The notes: a model not told the origin generated them from the letters alone. A stretch of DNA of 64,000 nucleotides from Turneriella sp. (GCA_965279515.1 CBDIID010000003.1:416001-480000), one strand, 5' to 3'; numbered from the stretch's first letter, positions 1-10,372 are shown. Translations and numbers: made by a program.

Positions 1-564
1 CCTTAATGCCTGATGGTGAATGCTGTTGGTGCGGAAACTACCACGCCCAAAAATTTTTTCCAGGTACGATCCCTCATTGAACTTAATCTCATGAAAATTC
101 TGATCATAGATATGCCAGTCGCGGTGGTTGAGACTAGGTTCAACCTGCGTCGTGATATCCTGATAAAGTGAGCCGCCCAGGGCAACGTTGATCAACTGCG
201 CGCCGCGGCAGACTCCCAGAACCGGTTTATCTGCGTCTTTGAAGGCCCTGAAGAGTTCAATCTCATAGAGATCGCGGACACGATCCCCTTTCCACTCTTC
301 TTTGAGAGGGGTTTCGCCATAACTTTCGGGCGCGACATCGGCGCCGCCGTGCAGCACCAAACCGTCCAGGGACTCTGCATATTCTTTGAGCGCAACTTTG
401 CCCCCCGTGGCTACCGAGGGAATCATATAAGCCTGCGCCCCAAGACGCATCACCCAATGTGCCAGGGATTCCTCGACATAAAGCAGCGTCTTGCCTTTAA
501 AAATCGCCCGCGTCGGGTCTTTGTGCATGAAACATGCTGAAATACCAATCTTTAATTTATCCAT
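1..564 (-). CDS. Gamma-glutamyl-gamma-aminobutyrate hydrolase family (peptidase C26, PuuD-like); 3' end runs off the window
   Basis: Not in the ORF track (no stop in window). Manual translation from ATG at 564: MDKLKIGISACFMHKDPTRAIFKGKTLLYVEES...LDGLVLHGGADVAPESYGE...DRVRDLYEIELF...KPVLGVCRGAQLINVALGGSLYQDI, with the class I glutamine-amidotransferase nucleophile motif GVCRG. Confidence 0.9.
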   Translation of the reverse strand, partial: MDKLKIGISACFMHKDPTRAIFKGKTLLYVEESLAHWVMRLGAQAYMIPSVATGGKVALKEYAESLDGLVLHGGADVAPESYGETPLKEEWKGDRVRDLYEIELFRAFKDADKPVLGVCRGAQLINVALGGSLYQDITTQVEPSLNHRDWHIYDQNFHEIKFNEGSYLEKIFGRGSFRTNSIHHQALR

Positions 565-632
565 GTGTTCGCTCCCGGACGATCTGGCTATCCGCAATAG
601 GATTTATAGCGTTTTTGGATTCCGCATCCGGT

Positions 633-3600
633 TTAGCGCTTATCCCCGTAACCGAATACGCGCCTTGCTTCTTCCGTAGCCAAATCCAGCCCCTTTATCA
701 GCTCACTGCGTAACGTTGCCGGGTCTTCAAATACCCAGTCCAGGACCCCTGTCGACTTCGCATCCGCCCCGGCAGCTGCTTTCTCGTTGTAACTGCGAAT
801 ATACTCGTTCCTGAAGTTTTCTGCAATTTCTTTGTCGCCAGCCAGCAGCTCGCGGTATCTTCCCTGCTCAAACAGATCGAAGGCAGATTGGGCGCCCATG
901 ACGGCCATGACAGCGCGCCGCAAGGCGATATAGATGATTCCAGGCCGCAAATACTTGCTAAACGCATGAATCTGCCTGCCGCCAAAATTCTGGTTAAGCA
1001 CAACGGACACAACCGGCACGTCCCCCCGGATATTCGTATCCAGCGACAACCCGCCGATTTGCTGAATCCTTGCCCCTTCCTGCTTCTTTCCGGGGACAAA
1101 TCCCGGAGCATTGGAAAGCATGATGATCGGCATTGCATTCTGATTCATGAGTTCGGTAAAAATCCTGAATTTCTCCGTGCCGGCAGCATCCGGAGCTCCG
1201 CCGATAATTGCGGGCTGATCAGCGATGACTCCGACTGTGCGGCCCGCGATACGCGCGAGCCCTGTGAGTAAAGCCGGCCCTGCCACGCGGTCGTTCATGT
1301 TCGCAAAAAATTCGACAAAACTCCCTTTATCGAAAACGGGTTCGAGGACGGCCGTCATCATATCGTAGGGTTCCGCCGGATTTTCCGGAATCATGACCGC
1401 ACCTTCGCCGGAAACGCTGGCGGCTTCACGGGACTTCAGCAAATCCATAATGCGCTCTGCGAGGGCAAAACCTTCCCCGAGTGACGGCACCACATGGGTC
1501 GCGGATTTATTGATGTAACTCCTGGTTTCGTCGCTCATGCCATCAGGTGCGACAACGATCACTGCATCAGCATTCGCTGTCAATCCTGCCTCGTCCAGCC
1601 CATGCGGGTGCGTCAGAATATGTATCCGTACTCCGGATTTTTTCTGCAATAACCGCATGAAATCCAGGCGCGCGCGCAGTACGATACTGTCTTCACTGTT
1701 CATTTCCTGGAACCATCGGGCACCACTCAGGAAAATCTGACTGGCCCCTGTTTTTCGTGCGGTTCGCAGCAGTTCGCACGACTTCGTTACCGCCGACGGC
1801 GATCGGATACCAAAATCGTCTCTCGGCCCCATCAGCAAAATCTTACGCCCGCCGAGTCTTGCAAATCCCCCGACCAGCGAAAATGAGCGGTGGTATTTTT
1901 CCTTAAATTCAAGAAATTCGCCCCGATCAACGAAATCCGGAATATGGACGCCGCAGATTTGCACCGCTGGTTGTGTATCTGGGGGAATTTTATTCATGTT
2001 CTTACCGGGTGTATCCGGTGCGAATATTTCGTGAATCTGGCGGATGACACTCAGCATATGAAGGTTACTCTCTGCGACGATATCGACGGTGCCCGTATAG
2101 AAGCCCATGATCCGGGCTCCTCCCAGATCATAATTTGAAACCTTTTCACCTGTCACCGACTGGATGACCTTGGCCCCCGTCAGTACCCTGTACGACTCGG
2201 GAGAATCCACCATGCACTGAATCGCCGCCTGGCTTGAGCCATATACATCCAATCCCGTCGATGAACCGACCCCGATCGCGACAATAAAAGAGCCTGTTTC
2301 GACCCGGCTGCGATCCAGGGAAAACAACTGATCTAACTCAGCAATCAGTGCGCGAAAGCTGCTATCCGCATGCGCATCGACGCGATTAAAAAAATCGCCA
2401 ACACTTGTCTCTGCGTTGACCAGGGAGTTCAGCATGAACCCCTCCCCGGCCCTGTTCAGCGAGATGACGCCCTCCCGGATATTTGCACCGGCACCGTCAT
2501 TAAAGACATAAAGCGGGACGGATGACATAAAAGCAAGGTAGCAGGCAGCAATGTATTTGAGCCCTTCAAGGTTACCCGTGGCGCCGCCGTTGATGCGCGA
2601 ATCCTTGACGTACAGAAATGCTCTTCTGCCTGAAATAGTGCCGTCAAAAAGACGGCTTCCGACAGGAATTTTTCCGGCTTTCCCTGTTTTGGGATTTTTC
2701 GCCCGTACGTCATCGACGGACGGGATAAATACTTCGCGCATAGTCGTGTGATCGAGGCACTGGCTGGCCCAGAATTCAGCAGGCCATTTGTTACGGGCGT
2801 AGAGCGCCTGACTGGCCGTGTTCGCAGATTCTTCCGAATATGGATACGCCGGATCCTGTTCAGAGAGGAGCGTTAGGTCAACCCCATCCTGGGCGGGGGC
2901 AATGAGCAGGTGCACAACGCCTTCTTCGTTATCGGGCTTTGAAAGATATTTTAAACTAACAATGTTCTTTGCCAACCCATCATCGACAAAAAACGGCACG
3001 ACGCGGTCGACGACACGGCGTATGGTTTCAAGGTTTGGGATTCTGGGATCACGGCCTGTGATTTCCATTTCGATGGCCTTTCCGGTAGCGATGATCTCGA
3101 TCCAGCTGAGCTGGCGTCTCTCCACAGACTGGTAAGCGAGGAAAAGTTTCGCGGCGTCAAAGTTTGTGCGCTCCATATTATCACTGCCGATAGCTCTGCC
3201 ATGCAGATCAGCAACAATTGCAACCTCATCCATCAGCGCAACGCAGAGATAATGTTTCTCGCTTGTATTTTGGATGCTTTGCAGCCCAAAGATCAGGATT
3301 TGGGAATAAGGGGAAAAACAGCGGATTATATTGAATTTTTTGGCCAGCTTCTGTTGACGCTCCCGCAATACTTTCTGAGCCCAGGGCGGGATCTCCTGCG
3401 GGATAAGAGCAAACCGGGATTCGCAGAGCGACGCCGTGATCTCGCGTAACAAATTAATGCGGTCGATCCCCGGAAAAACGGAAAGCGGGTCTTTCACCAT
3501 ATCCCGGTATTCGCGGATATATTGCCTCGGCACAGCGCGTCGCGATCTCGGCTCGTGGGGTGAAATACCCCAATCCTGAAAGGTCTGAAGAGCGAGGTCG

Positions 3601-6476
3601 GCCAGGGAATCATCGCGCTCGACTTCTTCCTGCCTGATGAGGCGACGCAGGATGCGGATCGTGCGTTTAGAAGGTTTTGTCAACAGGCTTAATAACTTAA
3701 CAACGATGCGTACCAGTGGTTGAAAGTTCTGACTCGCATAGTATGCCCTAAGAACCTTAATCAGGATGATTTCAGTGCGGCTGTGATTGATGCCGGATGC
3801 AGGTAACCAGTTCGCTACACCATATGGCCGCAAGAGGCTATCCATGGTGGTTTTGAATGCGGGGGATGGATGGTAAGGGGTGCTTACGCCCTGCTCCCTG
3901 GATATGGAATATGCGAACAATTCACGCAGATCGCGGAAGATCCCCGACGGTTCAGTTTCGCTTGGAGAAAAGACTGCTTTGATATTACAATACTGCGAAA
4001 CAATATCTGCCAGTTTATGCTCGGGAAGAGAAGTTGTATCCAACTTCAGCCGGGAATCCGCGAGATTTGCGAGCGCGACCGAAATTTTACCGATGAGCCT
4101 TTCATTGCCCAGCAGGCCGCGAAAGACGGACGCTACGATTTGCAAAAGGACGGGTAAGTGTGCTTCAGGGTTATCCTGAACCAGGTGTGTGAAGCGCTCT
4201 TCCAGGAGATTCTCCATCGTGCCATCACCCACGACTCTTGGGACATGGTCTTTTGACGCCGCATTGGGTGATTCGGCGAGCGCTTCTTCCGGGTTGATAT
4301 GGACCAATACCTCACCCTCGTCGATTTTTTTGCCGAATATCTGTCCCGAAGAAGAGATCCCTAACTGCAGTTTGGATAAATCTCCGTCTTCTAGTAAGTA
4401 AGTTATTTTGCCGCCGATAGGTGCCGTCAGCGTCGCTTCCATTTTCATCGCGGAGAGGATAAGCAGAGGTTGATCTTTACTGACAAGACTACCGATACGA
4501 AGCGGCTCCCCGAGCGAGTCCTTGTCTGCGCAGAATTTCACGAAGCTACCATGAAAAGGCGCGCGCATCAATCCTAACGGATCAGAACGTTCTTTTCCGT
4601 CCTGTGCATGCAGCCTCAAACGGTGGTAATTGACCTTCCCGTCGGCATCGGGAAAGCGCAGCATCATGTACGTGGGGCGCAAATCCAGGCGAACGTGATA
4701 GGAGCGCGATTCAAAACGGATAAAATAATCATCGGAAGCCGGGATGCGCGAGAGAACTTCAATGTCGCCGTAATACGTATTATTGGCAAAGACACGGACG
4801 TTATCGAGCGTCATCGGCAACAAATGTAAATGGAATTGCAGCTTCCCCGCTTCGGCGACGTACTCCTCAGGCGGCGGATTAAACTCTCCCGAATGCAAAA
4901 TGCCCTCGATATCCCGGGCCAAAAGGACGCTCCGGGCCAATTCACTGTTTTTCTTCAGATTGACGGCTACCGACGCAAACACAGCCGCCTGTAATGCGCT
5001 GGCATCAGAAACACCATACTCTGTAAGCTCTGGATGATCACTCAGCAAATTATTCGTGTAATTAATTTCCTGGAAAAAAGGTGAGCGCAGGATATTCAGT
5101 AATTGCTGGGTATTCGTCGTGACGCCTTTGACGTAAAATTCGCTGAGCGCGCGCTCGAGCCGGATAAGTGCTTCGGTGCGGGTTGCCCCCTTTGCAATGA
5201 TCTTGCCGAGCATCGGATCGAAATCCGGCAGAATACTGTCGCCTTTGCTGAAACCAAAATCGCAGCGGATCGCATTAAATGTGGGTAAATTCAGTTCGAG
5301 GAGAGTACCAGAAACAGGATGATAATTATTTTCAGGATCTTCTGCATAGATGCGTGCTTCAATTGCATGGCTTTTATCGGTAAACCGCTGGCGCAATGCA
5401 TGTTCAAAAGGGATCTCGTCCGTTTTTCCGTCAAATTGCAGAATTTGCCACTTCGCGAGATCGATCCCCAGCGATTGATCTGTCACAGGGTGTTCCACTT
5501 GCAGGCGCGTATTCATTTCGAGAAAGCCCAAAGTATTCGAAACCTGATCATATAGGAACTCGACAGTTCCAGCGCCTGCACCGGCGCCGTAACCGGAAAC
5601 TTGCGCCATTTTTTCCGCAGCAGCGATAATGGAGAGATTCATCTGCGGTGAAAGAAAGATGTCGCCACTTTCCTCGATAATTTTCTGGTTTCGCCGCTGC
5701 ACTGCACATTTCCGGATGCCGATCGCCATACCGTTGAAAATCTGCACCTCCATGTGCACGGCCCTGATGATATACCGTTCCAGGTAAAAAATATCGTCGC
5801 CGTTGATTTGCCGGCCCACGCGCTGACAGGTATCTATCGCAGATGCAAGGCCTGCGCGGCTAAAGACGGGTTCCATGCCCTTGCCTCCGCCCCCGGCGTT
5901 TAACTTGACGATTACCGGATAGCCGATCTTTTCCGCGGCGGCCACCGCTTGCTCAGCATTTTTCAAAGCGCTGCTGCTTTGGAACAAAGGGATGCCATGT
6001 TTCCCGGCCAGCTCTCTCGCATTGAGCTTGTTCCCCACACCTTTCATAATTTGGGCCGAGGGCCCCATGAAAATAACTTCCTGTCCGGTTTTTTTCACAT
6101 ATGCATCGAGCGCATCGACGAAGGCATGATTTTCCGAAAGAAAACCGTATCCCGGAAAGATGGCATTGGCCCTAACCAAGGCGGCAGCAGCGATCACCGT
6201 CGCGATATCCATATAGTTCATGGCGTCGCCGATAAAGAGCGCTTCATCCGCCATCGCATACCAGGATTGCCCAAGATCAGGGTTGGTGACGATTGCGACG
6301 CTCGGAATACCAGCTTCTTTCAGCGAATGGAAAAAACGCTTCGCAATCTCGCCCCGATTAGCGACCAGAACTTTCTGCAGGCGGCCCGCACGTTTATCCG
6401 GCTCTTTAGCCAGATAACGCGGATTGAGTTCATGCAGATAACGGATCGGCGCTTCGAGCAAATCTAAATCGGGCAT
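633..6476 (-). CDS. Single-chain multidomain biotin-dependent acyl-CoA carboxylase (BC + BCCP + central region + carboxyltransferase)
   Basis: BC motifs KVLVANRGEIA, PGYGFLSEN, GGGGKGM, EMNTRLQVEHPVT; biotinyl motif SAMKME; CT motifs DGAGANIREG, TGAKVIQSVTGE, GLARIAGRTVGVIADQP, PGFVPG. Confidence 0.9.
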   Translation of the reverse strand: MPDLDLLEAPIRYLHELNPRYLAKEPDKRAGRLQKVLVANRGEIAKRFFHSLKEAGIPSVAIVTNPDLGQSWYAMADEALFIGDAMNYMDIATVIAAAALVRANAIFPGYGFLSENHAFVDALDAYVKKTGQEVIFMGPSAQIMKGVGNKLNARELAGKHGIPLFQSSSALKNAEQAVAAAEKIGYPVIVKLNAGGGGKGMEPVFSRAGLASAIDTCQRVGRQINGDDIFYLERYIIRAVHMEVQIFNGMAIGIRKCAVQRRNQKIIEESGDIFLSPQMNLSIIAAAEKMAQVSGYGAGAGAGTVEFLYDQVSNTLGFLEMNTRLQVEHPVTDQSLGIDLAKWQILQFDGKTDEIPFEHALRQRFTDKSHAIEARIYAEDPENNYHPVSGTLLELNLPTFNAIRCDFGFSKGDSILPDFDPMLGKIIAKGATRTEALIRLERALSEFYVKGVTTNTQQLLNILRSPFFQEINYTNNLLSDHPELTEYGVSDASALQAAVFASVAVNLKKNSELARSVLLARDIEGILHSGEFNPPPEEYVAEAGKLQFHLHLLPMTLDNVRVFANNTYYGDIEVLSRIPASDDYFIRFESRSYHVRLDLRPTYMMLRFPDADGKVNYHRLRLHAQDGKERSDPLGLMRAPFHGSFVKFCADKDSLGEPLRIGSLVSKDQPLLILSAMKMEATLTAPIGGKITYLLEDGDLSKLQLGISSSGQIFGKKIDEGEVLVHINPEEALAESPNAASKDHVPRVVGDGTMENLLEERFTHLVQDNPEAHLPVLLQIVASVFRGLLGNERLIGKISVALANLADSRLKLDTTSLPEHKLADIVSQYCNIKAVFSPSETEPSGIFRDLRELFAYSISREQGVSTPYHPSPAFKTTMDSLLRPYGVANWLPASGINHSRTEIILIKVLRAYYASQNFQPLVRIVVKLLSLLTKPSKRTIRILRRLIRQEEVERDDSLADLALQTFQDWGISPHEPRSRRAVPRQYIREYRDMVKDPLSVFPGIDRINLLREITASLCESRFALIPQEIPPWAQKVLRERQQKLAKKFNIIRCFSPYSQILIFGLQSIQNTSEKHYLCVALMDEVAIVADLHGRAIGSDNMERTNFDAAKLFLAYQSVERRQLSWIEIIATGKAIEMEITGRDPRIPNLETIRRVVDRVVPFFVDDGLAKNIVSLKYLSKPDNEEGVVHLLIAPAQDGVDLTLLSEQDPAYPYSEESANTASQALYARNKWPAEFWASQCLDHTTMREVFIPSVDDVRAKNPKTGKAGKIPVGSRLFDGTISGRRAFLYVKDSRINGGATGNLEGLKYIAACYLAFMSSVPLYVFNDGAGANIREGVISLNRAGEGFMLNSLVNAETSVGDFFNRVDAHADSSFRALIAELDQLFSLDRSRVETGSFIVAIGVGSSTGLDVYGSSQAAIQCMVDSPESYRVLTGAKVIQSVTGEKVSNYDLGGARIMGFYTGTVDIVAESNLHMLSVIRQIHEIFAPDTPGKNMNKIPPDTQPAVQICGVHIPDFVDRGEFLEFKEKYHRSFSLVGGFARLGGRKILLMGPRDDFGIRSPSAVTKSCELLRTARKTGASQIFLSGARWFQEMNSEDSIVLRARLDFMRLLQKKSGVRIHILTHPHGLDEAGLTANADAVIVVAPDGMSDETRSYINKSATHVVPSLGEGFALAERIMDLLKSREAASVSGEGAVMIPENPAEPYDMMTAVLEPVFDKGSFVEFFANMNDRVAGPALLTGLARIAGRTVGVIADQPAIIGGAPDAAGTEKFRIFTELMNQNAMPIIMLSNAPGFVPGKKQEGARIQQIGGLSLDTNIRGDVPVVSVVLNQNFGGRQIHAFSKYLRPGIIYIALRRAVMAVMGAQSAFDLFEQGRYRELLAGDKEIAENFRNEYIRSYNEKAAAGADAKSTGVLDWVFEDPATLRSELIKGLDLATEEARRVFGYGDKR

Positions 6477-6558
6477 AACACTGATGCAGCTGTCTTACTT
6501 TTAGATACCGAGTAAATAGGTTAACGCCGCGGCACCTAATGCACGCGTCGATGGACGA

Positions 6559-7365
6559 TTATCGCTGCGCCGGGGTAGTTAGTTTTCCGGGATCAAAATG
6601 TACCAGTTCATGCCCTTGTTGCCGTAAATAAGTTACGATTTCGGTTAAATGCTGATACGTCTTTGGCATAATGTCGTGGAATATAAGCACGACAGGTTCA
6701 CCGGCAGGAATTTTGGGGTCCGCAAATATCTGGGTAATCCTTGTCTTAATGTCCTCTATGGAATTCAGCGGCGAGGCATCCCCCACCGTATATCCGGTTA
6801 CTACCTGGTAGCCTAAAAGTTTGGAGCTCGCTGTAACGCCTTCATTCTTAATCAAATGGGGCGGACGAAACAACTTTGGCTTTGGCAACGGCGCGCCTGC
6901 ATGGCTGGCATGCGTTTCCCAGTCGCGAATTTCCTCATGAATCGCCGTATGAGACCAAAACCAGGGCCAGCGCAGCCATGCATGGTGCGCAGTATGGTTA
7001 CCCACAAAATGCCCTTCGGCGAGCACGCGTTTCACCAAATCGGGATATTCCAGCATGCTTCCTTTGTTTGTCCAGATTTCATATGGGGCAAAATACCTCC
7101 GCGCAGCAAGCGCGTCTTTGGGAGCATCGCCGATCATGAAAAAAGCTGCTTTAACCCTCGTACCATCTGCTGTCTTCATCTTTTTCACAGCATCGAGAAC
7201 CAGGTCTGTCTTGCCGGGAACCGGGCCATCATCAAAGGTCAACATGAACATACGGGAATGTCCACGGATCGGTAGCGGTGAATTTGCAGACGCCTGTTGA
7301 GTGGGTATCGGCAATGGATACCATAGCAGAGATAAAAAACCAACCAGCAAAAAATTAACGCGCAA
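6559..7365 (-). CDS. Exported polysaccharide deacetylase (CE4/NodB-like)
   Basis: LTFDDGP, GNHTAHH, LFRPP and LIFHD motifs; hydrophobic N-terminal signal. Confidence 0.88.
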   Translation of the reverse strand: MRVNFLLVGFLSLLWYPLPIPTQQASANSPLPIRGHSRMFMLTFDDGPVPGKTDLVLDAVKKMKTADGTRVKAAFFMIGDAPKDALAARRYFAPYEIWTNKGSMLEYPDLVKRVLAEGHFVGNHTAHHAWLRWPWFWSHTAIHEEIRDWETHASHAGAPLPKPKLFRPPHLIKNEGVTASSKLLGYQVVTGYTVGDASPLNSIEDIKTRITQIFADPKIPAGEPVVLIFHDIMPKTYQHLTEIVTYLRQQGHELVHFDPGKLTTPAQR

Positions 7366-7513
7366 TGGAGCTACTCAGGTTAGGGATTCGGGCAGATATC
7401 TCACAAGGATTTCTCGCGTTGCTTTGCAAAGAGCGCTTTGAGCGCTCAAGAATCACCGCGTCAAGTAATTGTCTTGATTTTTTATTGCCAGCTTATAAGT
7501 ATCCTGGAAAGCA

Positions 7514-8467
7514 ATGGAGTTTTTGAAAAATAATATGAAGAGTGTTCACAATCTGGTCTTTCCCGGCCAAGGATCGCAGCGCCCCGGTATGGGTGCAGAT
7601 TTTTTTGAAAATTTTCCCGGGGCAAAAGCCGTTTTCGAACGCGCCTCAGCAGCGCTTGGGGAAGACCTTGGCGCGATATGTTTCAGTGAAAATGAGAAGC
7701 TCGATCTCACCGAGTATACACAGCCCTGCATCCTGACATGTTCGATAGCCATGCTCGAAACTTTACGAAACGAACTGCCATTAGAAGCGGCGTTTTTTGC
7801 CGGGCACAGTTTGGGCGAATACACCGCACTGGTCGCAGCTGGCGTATTTCAGCTCGAGGATGCCGTTAAAATTGTCCGAAAACGGGGCGCCCTGATGCAG
7901 CGGGCCGTACCGGCTGGCGAGGGAGCTATGGCAGCGCTGATCGCTGAAGACCTGCAAAATCTACCGTACCAGGAACTGGTACTCGCAAGCGGGGCTGAAA
8001 TAGCGAATGTTAATTCTGCCGAGCAGACGGTGATTAGCGGGCAAAAGGTAAATGTCGAGAAAGCGGTGGCGGCACTCGAAGAAAAACTGCCCCAAATTCA
8101 GGTGATTTTCCTGAATGTCAGTGCCCCCTTCCATTCCAGCCTCATGAAGCCAGCCGAATCCGAATTCCGCGAATACATCACGGGCTTTTCACCTTCTATC
8201 AATTTTACGCCTGCCGGCCGCGTCGCTTCCAATGTTTCCGGAACCCTGCACAATGAAAGTACCTTGATCGATAATTTGGTAGCACAGATCGGTGCTCCGG
8301 TGCATTGGCTGGAAAACATGAGACTACTCATTGAAACAAAAAATCCGATCCTGGAAATCGGCCCGAATAAAACTCTCAGCAGATTTTTCGGTGCCGAAGG
8401 CGTTAAAATAAAATCCGTCACGAATTTGCGATCGATGCAGGCGTTCTGCGCCCCCGAGACGGTTTGA
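7514..8467 (+). CDS. fabD: Malonyl-CoA:ACP transacylase
   Basis: FPGQGSQ, GHSLGEY (catalytic Ser), VSAPFHS. Confidence 0.93.
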   Translation: MEFLKNNMKSVHNLVFPGQGSQRPGMGADFFENFPGAKAVFERASAALGEDLGAICFSENEKLDLTEYTQPCILTCSIAMLETLRNELPLEAAFFAGHSLGEYTALVAAGVFQLEDAVKIVRKRGALMQRAVPAGEGAMAALIAEDLQNLPYQELVLASGAEIANVNSAEQTVISGQKVNVEKAVAALEEKLPQIQVIFLNVSAPFHSSLMKPAESEFREYITGFSPSINFTPAGRVASNVSGTLHNESTLIDNLVAQIGAPVHWLENMRLLIETKNPILEIGPNKTLSRFFGAEGVKIKSVTNLRSMQAFCAPETV

Positions 8468-9171
8468 CCAAACCTGGGGACATCCGCCTTATTCCTGTCA
8501 AACTCTGGCAAGAGACGCGACTATTACGCTCTGCCATGGCGATATGCACGGTTGTGAAAAATCCTGAAGCGGGTTTGCTCAGGAGCCATGAAGAGCGGCA
8601 ACTCTTTGCGGACTTTAAAACTCCTAAGCGCAGGCAGGAATTCCTCGCCGGCCGGCAAGCGGCATACCAGGCGATTGCACAACTACTGCCCGCAGGGAGT
8701 TCATTGCCTGCGGTAATACCAGGGATTATGGGACAACCAACACTTGTCGGGTCAGAAAATCTCGAACTTAGTATTACCCATACATTTCCCTGCGCTATCG
8801 CTTTTGCCTGCGAACCGGGATTTCCGCTTACCATTGACCTGGAACGCACCGACGGTAGCCGTCAAGCCGCATTGGCCGAGGTACTCACTGACTCCGAGAA
8901 GTCACTTTTCCCTGAACACGCCATTGCATTTAGTGCAAAGGAAGCCATGGGGAAATTTTTGCGCTGTGGTTTTCAGGCCAGCTGGCAGATCTTTGAAATT
9001 TCAGGTTGTACGAAAATTGACGAAGGATACGAAATTACTTTTGCACATTTTTCAGGGATTCGCGTGATCTCCCATCGCATCGGCAACTTTGTTCTCAGCC
9101 TCGCCCTCCCGGGCGAAATGAACGTCAATACGGATCTTCAACTCTTAGCTCAAACGCTTGAAAATCAGTGA
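8464..9171 (+). CDS. 4'-phosphopantetheinyl transferase (Sfp/EntD-like)
   Basis: RRQEFLAGR, SITH, IDLE, FSAKEA motifs; TTG start overlaps the fabD stop. Confidence 0.85.
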   Translation: MTKPGDIRLIPVKLWQETRLLRSAMAICTVVKNPEAGLLRSHEERQLFADFKTPKRRQEFLAGRQAAYQAIAQLLPAGSSLPAVIPGIMGQPTLVGSENLELSITHTFPCAIAFACEPGFPLTIDLERTDGSRQAALAEVLTDSEKSLFPEHAIAFSAKEAMGKFLRCGFQASWQIFEISGCTKIDEGYEITFAHFSGIRVISHRIGNFVLSLALPGEMNVNTDLQLLAQTLENQ

Positions 9172-10371
9172 GGTATTGATGCCGCCGAAGGCGAAGTTGT
9201 TGCTCATCGTATACCCACTCTGTATCTTTCTCGCCGCACCGGCAATATAGTCTAATTCCGCGCATTCCGGATCCACCTCGGTGAGATTTAAGGTGGGAGC
9301 ATACCAGTCGGAATTCATCATCTGCACGGTGGCCCAGGCTTCGATGGCTCCGCAGGCACCGAGGGTATGCCCGAGGTAACTTTTCAGCGAACTCACCGGA
9401 ATGCGCTTGCCGAAAACTTTTTCCGTGGCACGGCTTTCAACGATGTCACCCACCGTGGTTGCAGTCGCATGGGCATTAACGTAACCGATGGCCGAGGGAT
9501 CAAGACCGGCTTCTGCCAGGCTGCGGCGCATGACCAATTCAATCGTTTCCTGATTCGGCTGCGTCACATGTTTACCGTCTGAATTCGTCGCGAAACTGAC
9601 GAGCTCGGCATAGATTCTCGCGCCCCTGGCTTTGGCATGCTCATATTCTTCGAGCACCAATGTCCCGGCGCCTTCGCCGATCACAAGGCCATCGCGGTTT
9701 TTATCAAAAGGCCGTGGCGTCGTCGCTGGTGCGTCATTCCGCGTGCTCGTCGCAAACAAAACATCAAACACGGCGGCTTCGGTCGCGCATAATTCTTCAG
9801 CACCGCCCGCAACCATGAGATCCTGGAGACCAAACTTAATCGCTTCATACGCGTAACCTATGCCCTGGCTGCCGGATGTGCAGGCACTGCACGTCGGTAT
9901 CACCCGGCCTTTTAACTGGAAAAACAATCCGATGTTGGCTGCTGCTGTGTGACTCATCATTTGGATGTAAGATGTGCCATTGATCATAGACATGTCCGAG
10001 TCCATCCGCATTTTTGCGAAAGCGCCTATCGCATCTGTGCTGCCGGTAGACGAACCGTAGGAGACCCCCATGCGGCCGTCCTTAATCGATTCATCGTTCA
10101 GAAGATCAGCATCCCTTAAGGCTTTTTCTGTCGCAGCGGTGGCCAGGAGCGCAACCCGGCCCATGCCCCGCGTTTTTTTTCGTTCGAAGGATTCCGGCGC
10201 TTCAAAATCCAGAACCGGGCCACCGAGGCGGGTATTGAGTTTGTCATAACGATCCCACTCGTCCATGCGGACCACACCATTTTTACCGCGTTCCATGTTT
10301 GCCCGAAATGTTGGCCAATCGTGACCAATCGAAGTAATGGCTCCAAAGCCTGTGATGACAACGCGCCGCAT
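9145..10371 (-). CDS. Beta-ketoacyl-ACP synthase (ApeR-like)
   Basis: RRVVITG start, SACTSG catalytic Cys, NAHAT, GHTLGA, NNFAFGG; last gene of the ape order. Confidence 0.92.
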   Translation of the reverse strand: MRRVVITGFGAITSIGHDWPTFRANMERGKNGVVRMDEWDRYDKLNTRLGGPVLDFEAPESFERKKTRGMGRVALLATAATEKALRDADLLNDESIKDGRMGVSYGSSTGSTDAIGAFAKMRMDSDMSMINGTSYIQMMSHTAAANIGLFFQLKGRVIPTCSACTSGSQGIGYAYEAIKFGLQDLMVAGGAEELCATEAAVFDVLFATSTRNDAPATTPRPFDKNRDGLVIGEGAGTLVLEEYEHAKARGARIYAELVSFATNSDGKHVTQPNQETIELVMRRSLAEAGLDPSAIGYVNAHATATTVGDIVESRATEKVFGKRIPVSSLKSYLGHTLGACGAIEAWATVQMMNSDWYAPTLNLTEVDPECAELDYIAGAARKIQSGYTMSNNFAFGGINTSLIFKRLS

Positions 10372-10372
10372 G

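Noticed and set aside
565..632. att-like direct repeat at the proposed island boundary
   Set aside because: No match found by eye with 26723-26762, and no integrase or tRNA nearby
698..6467. Many 60-270 aa ORFs antisense to or overlapping well-supported genes, here and across the window (e.g. 34756-35436, 38615-39274, 57346-58167, 60962-61630)
   Set aside because: Shadow ORFs with no recognisable motifs, lying within genes that have clear family signatures
7422..7447. Short palindromes CTTTGCAAAG and GAGCGCT-TTG-AGCGCTC upstream of fabD
   Set aside because: Single short instances, compatible with chance
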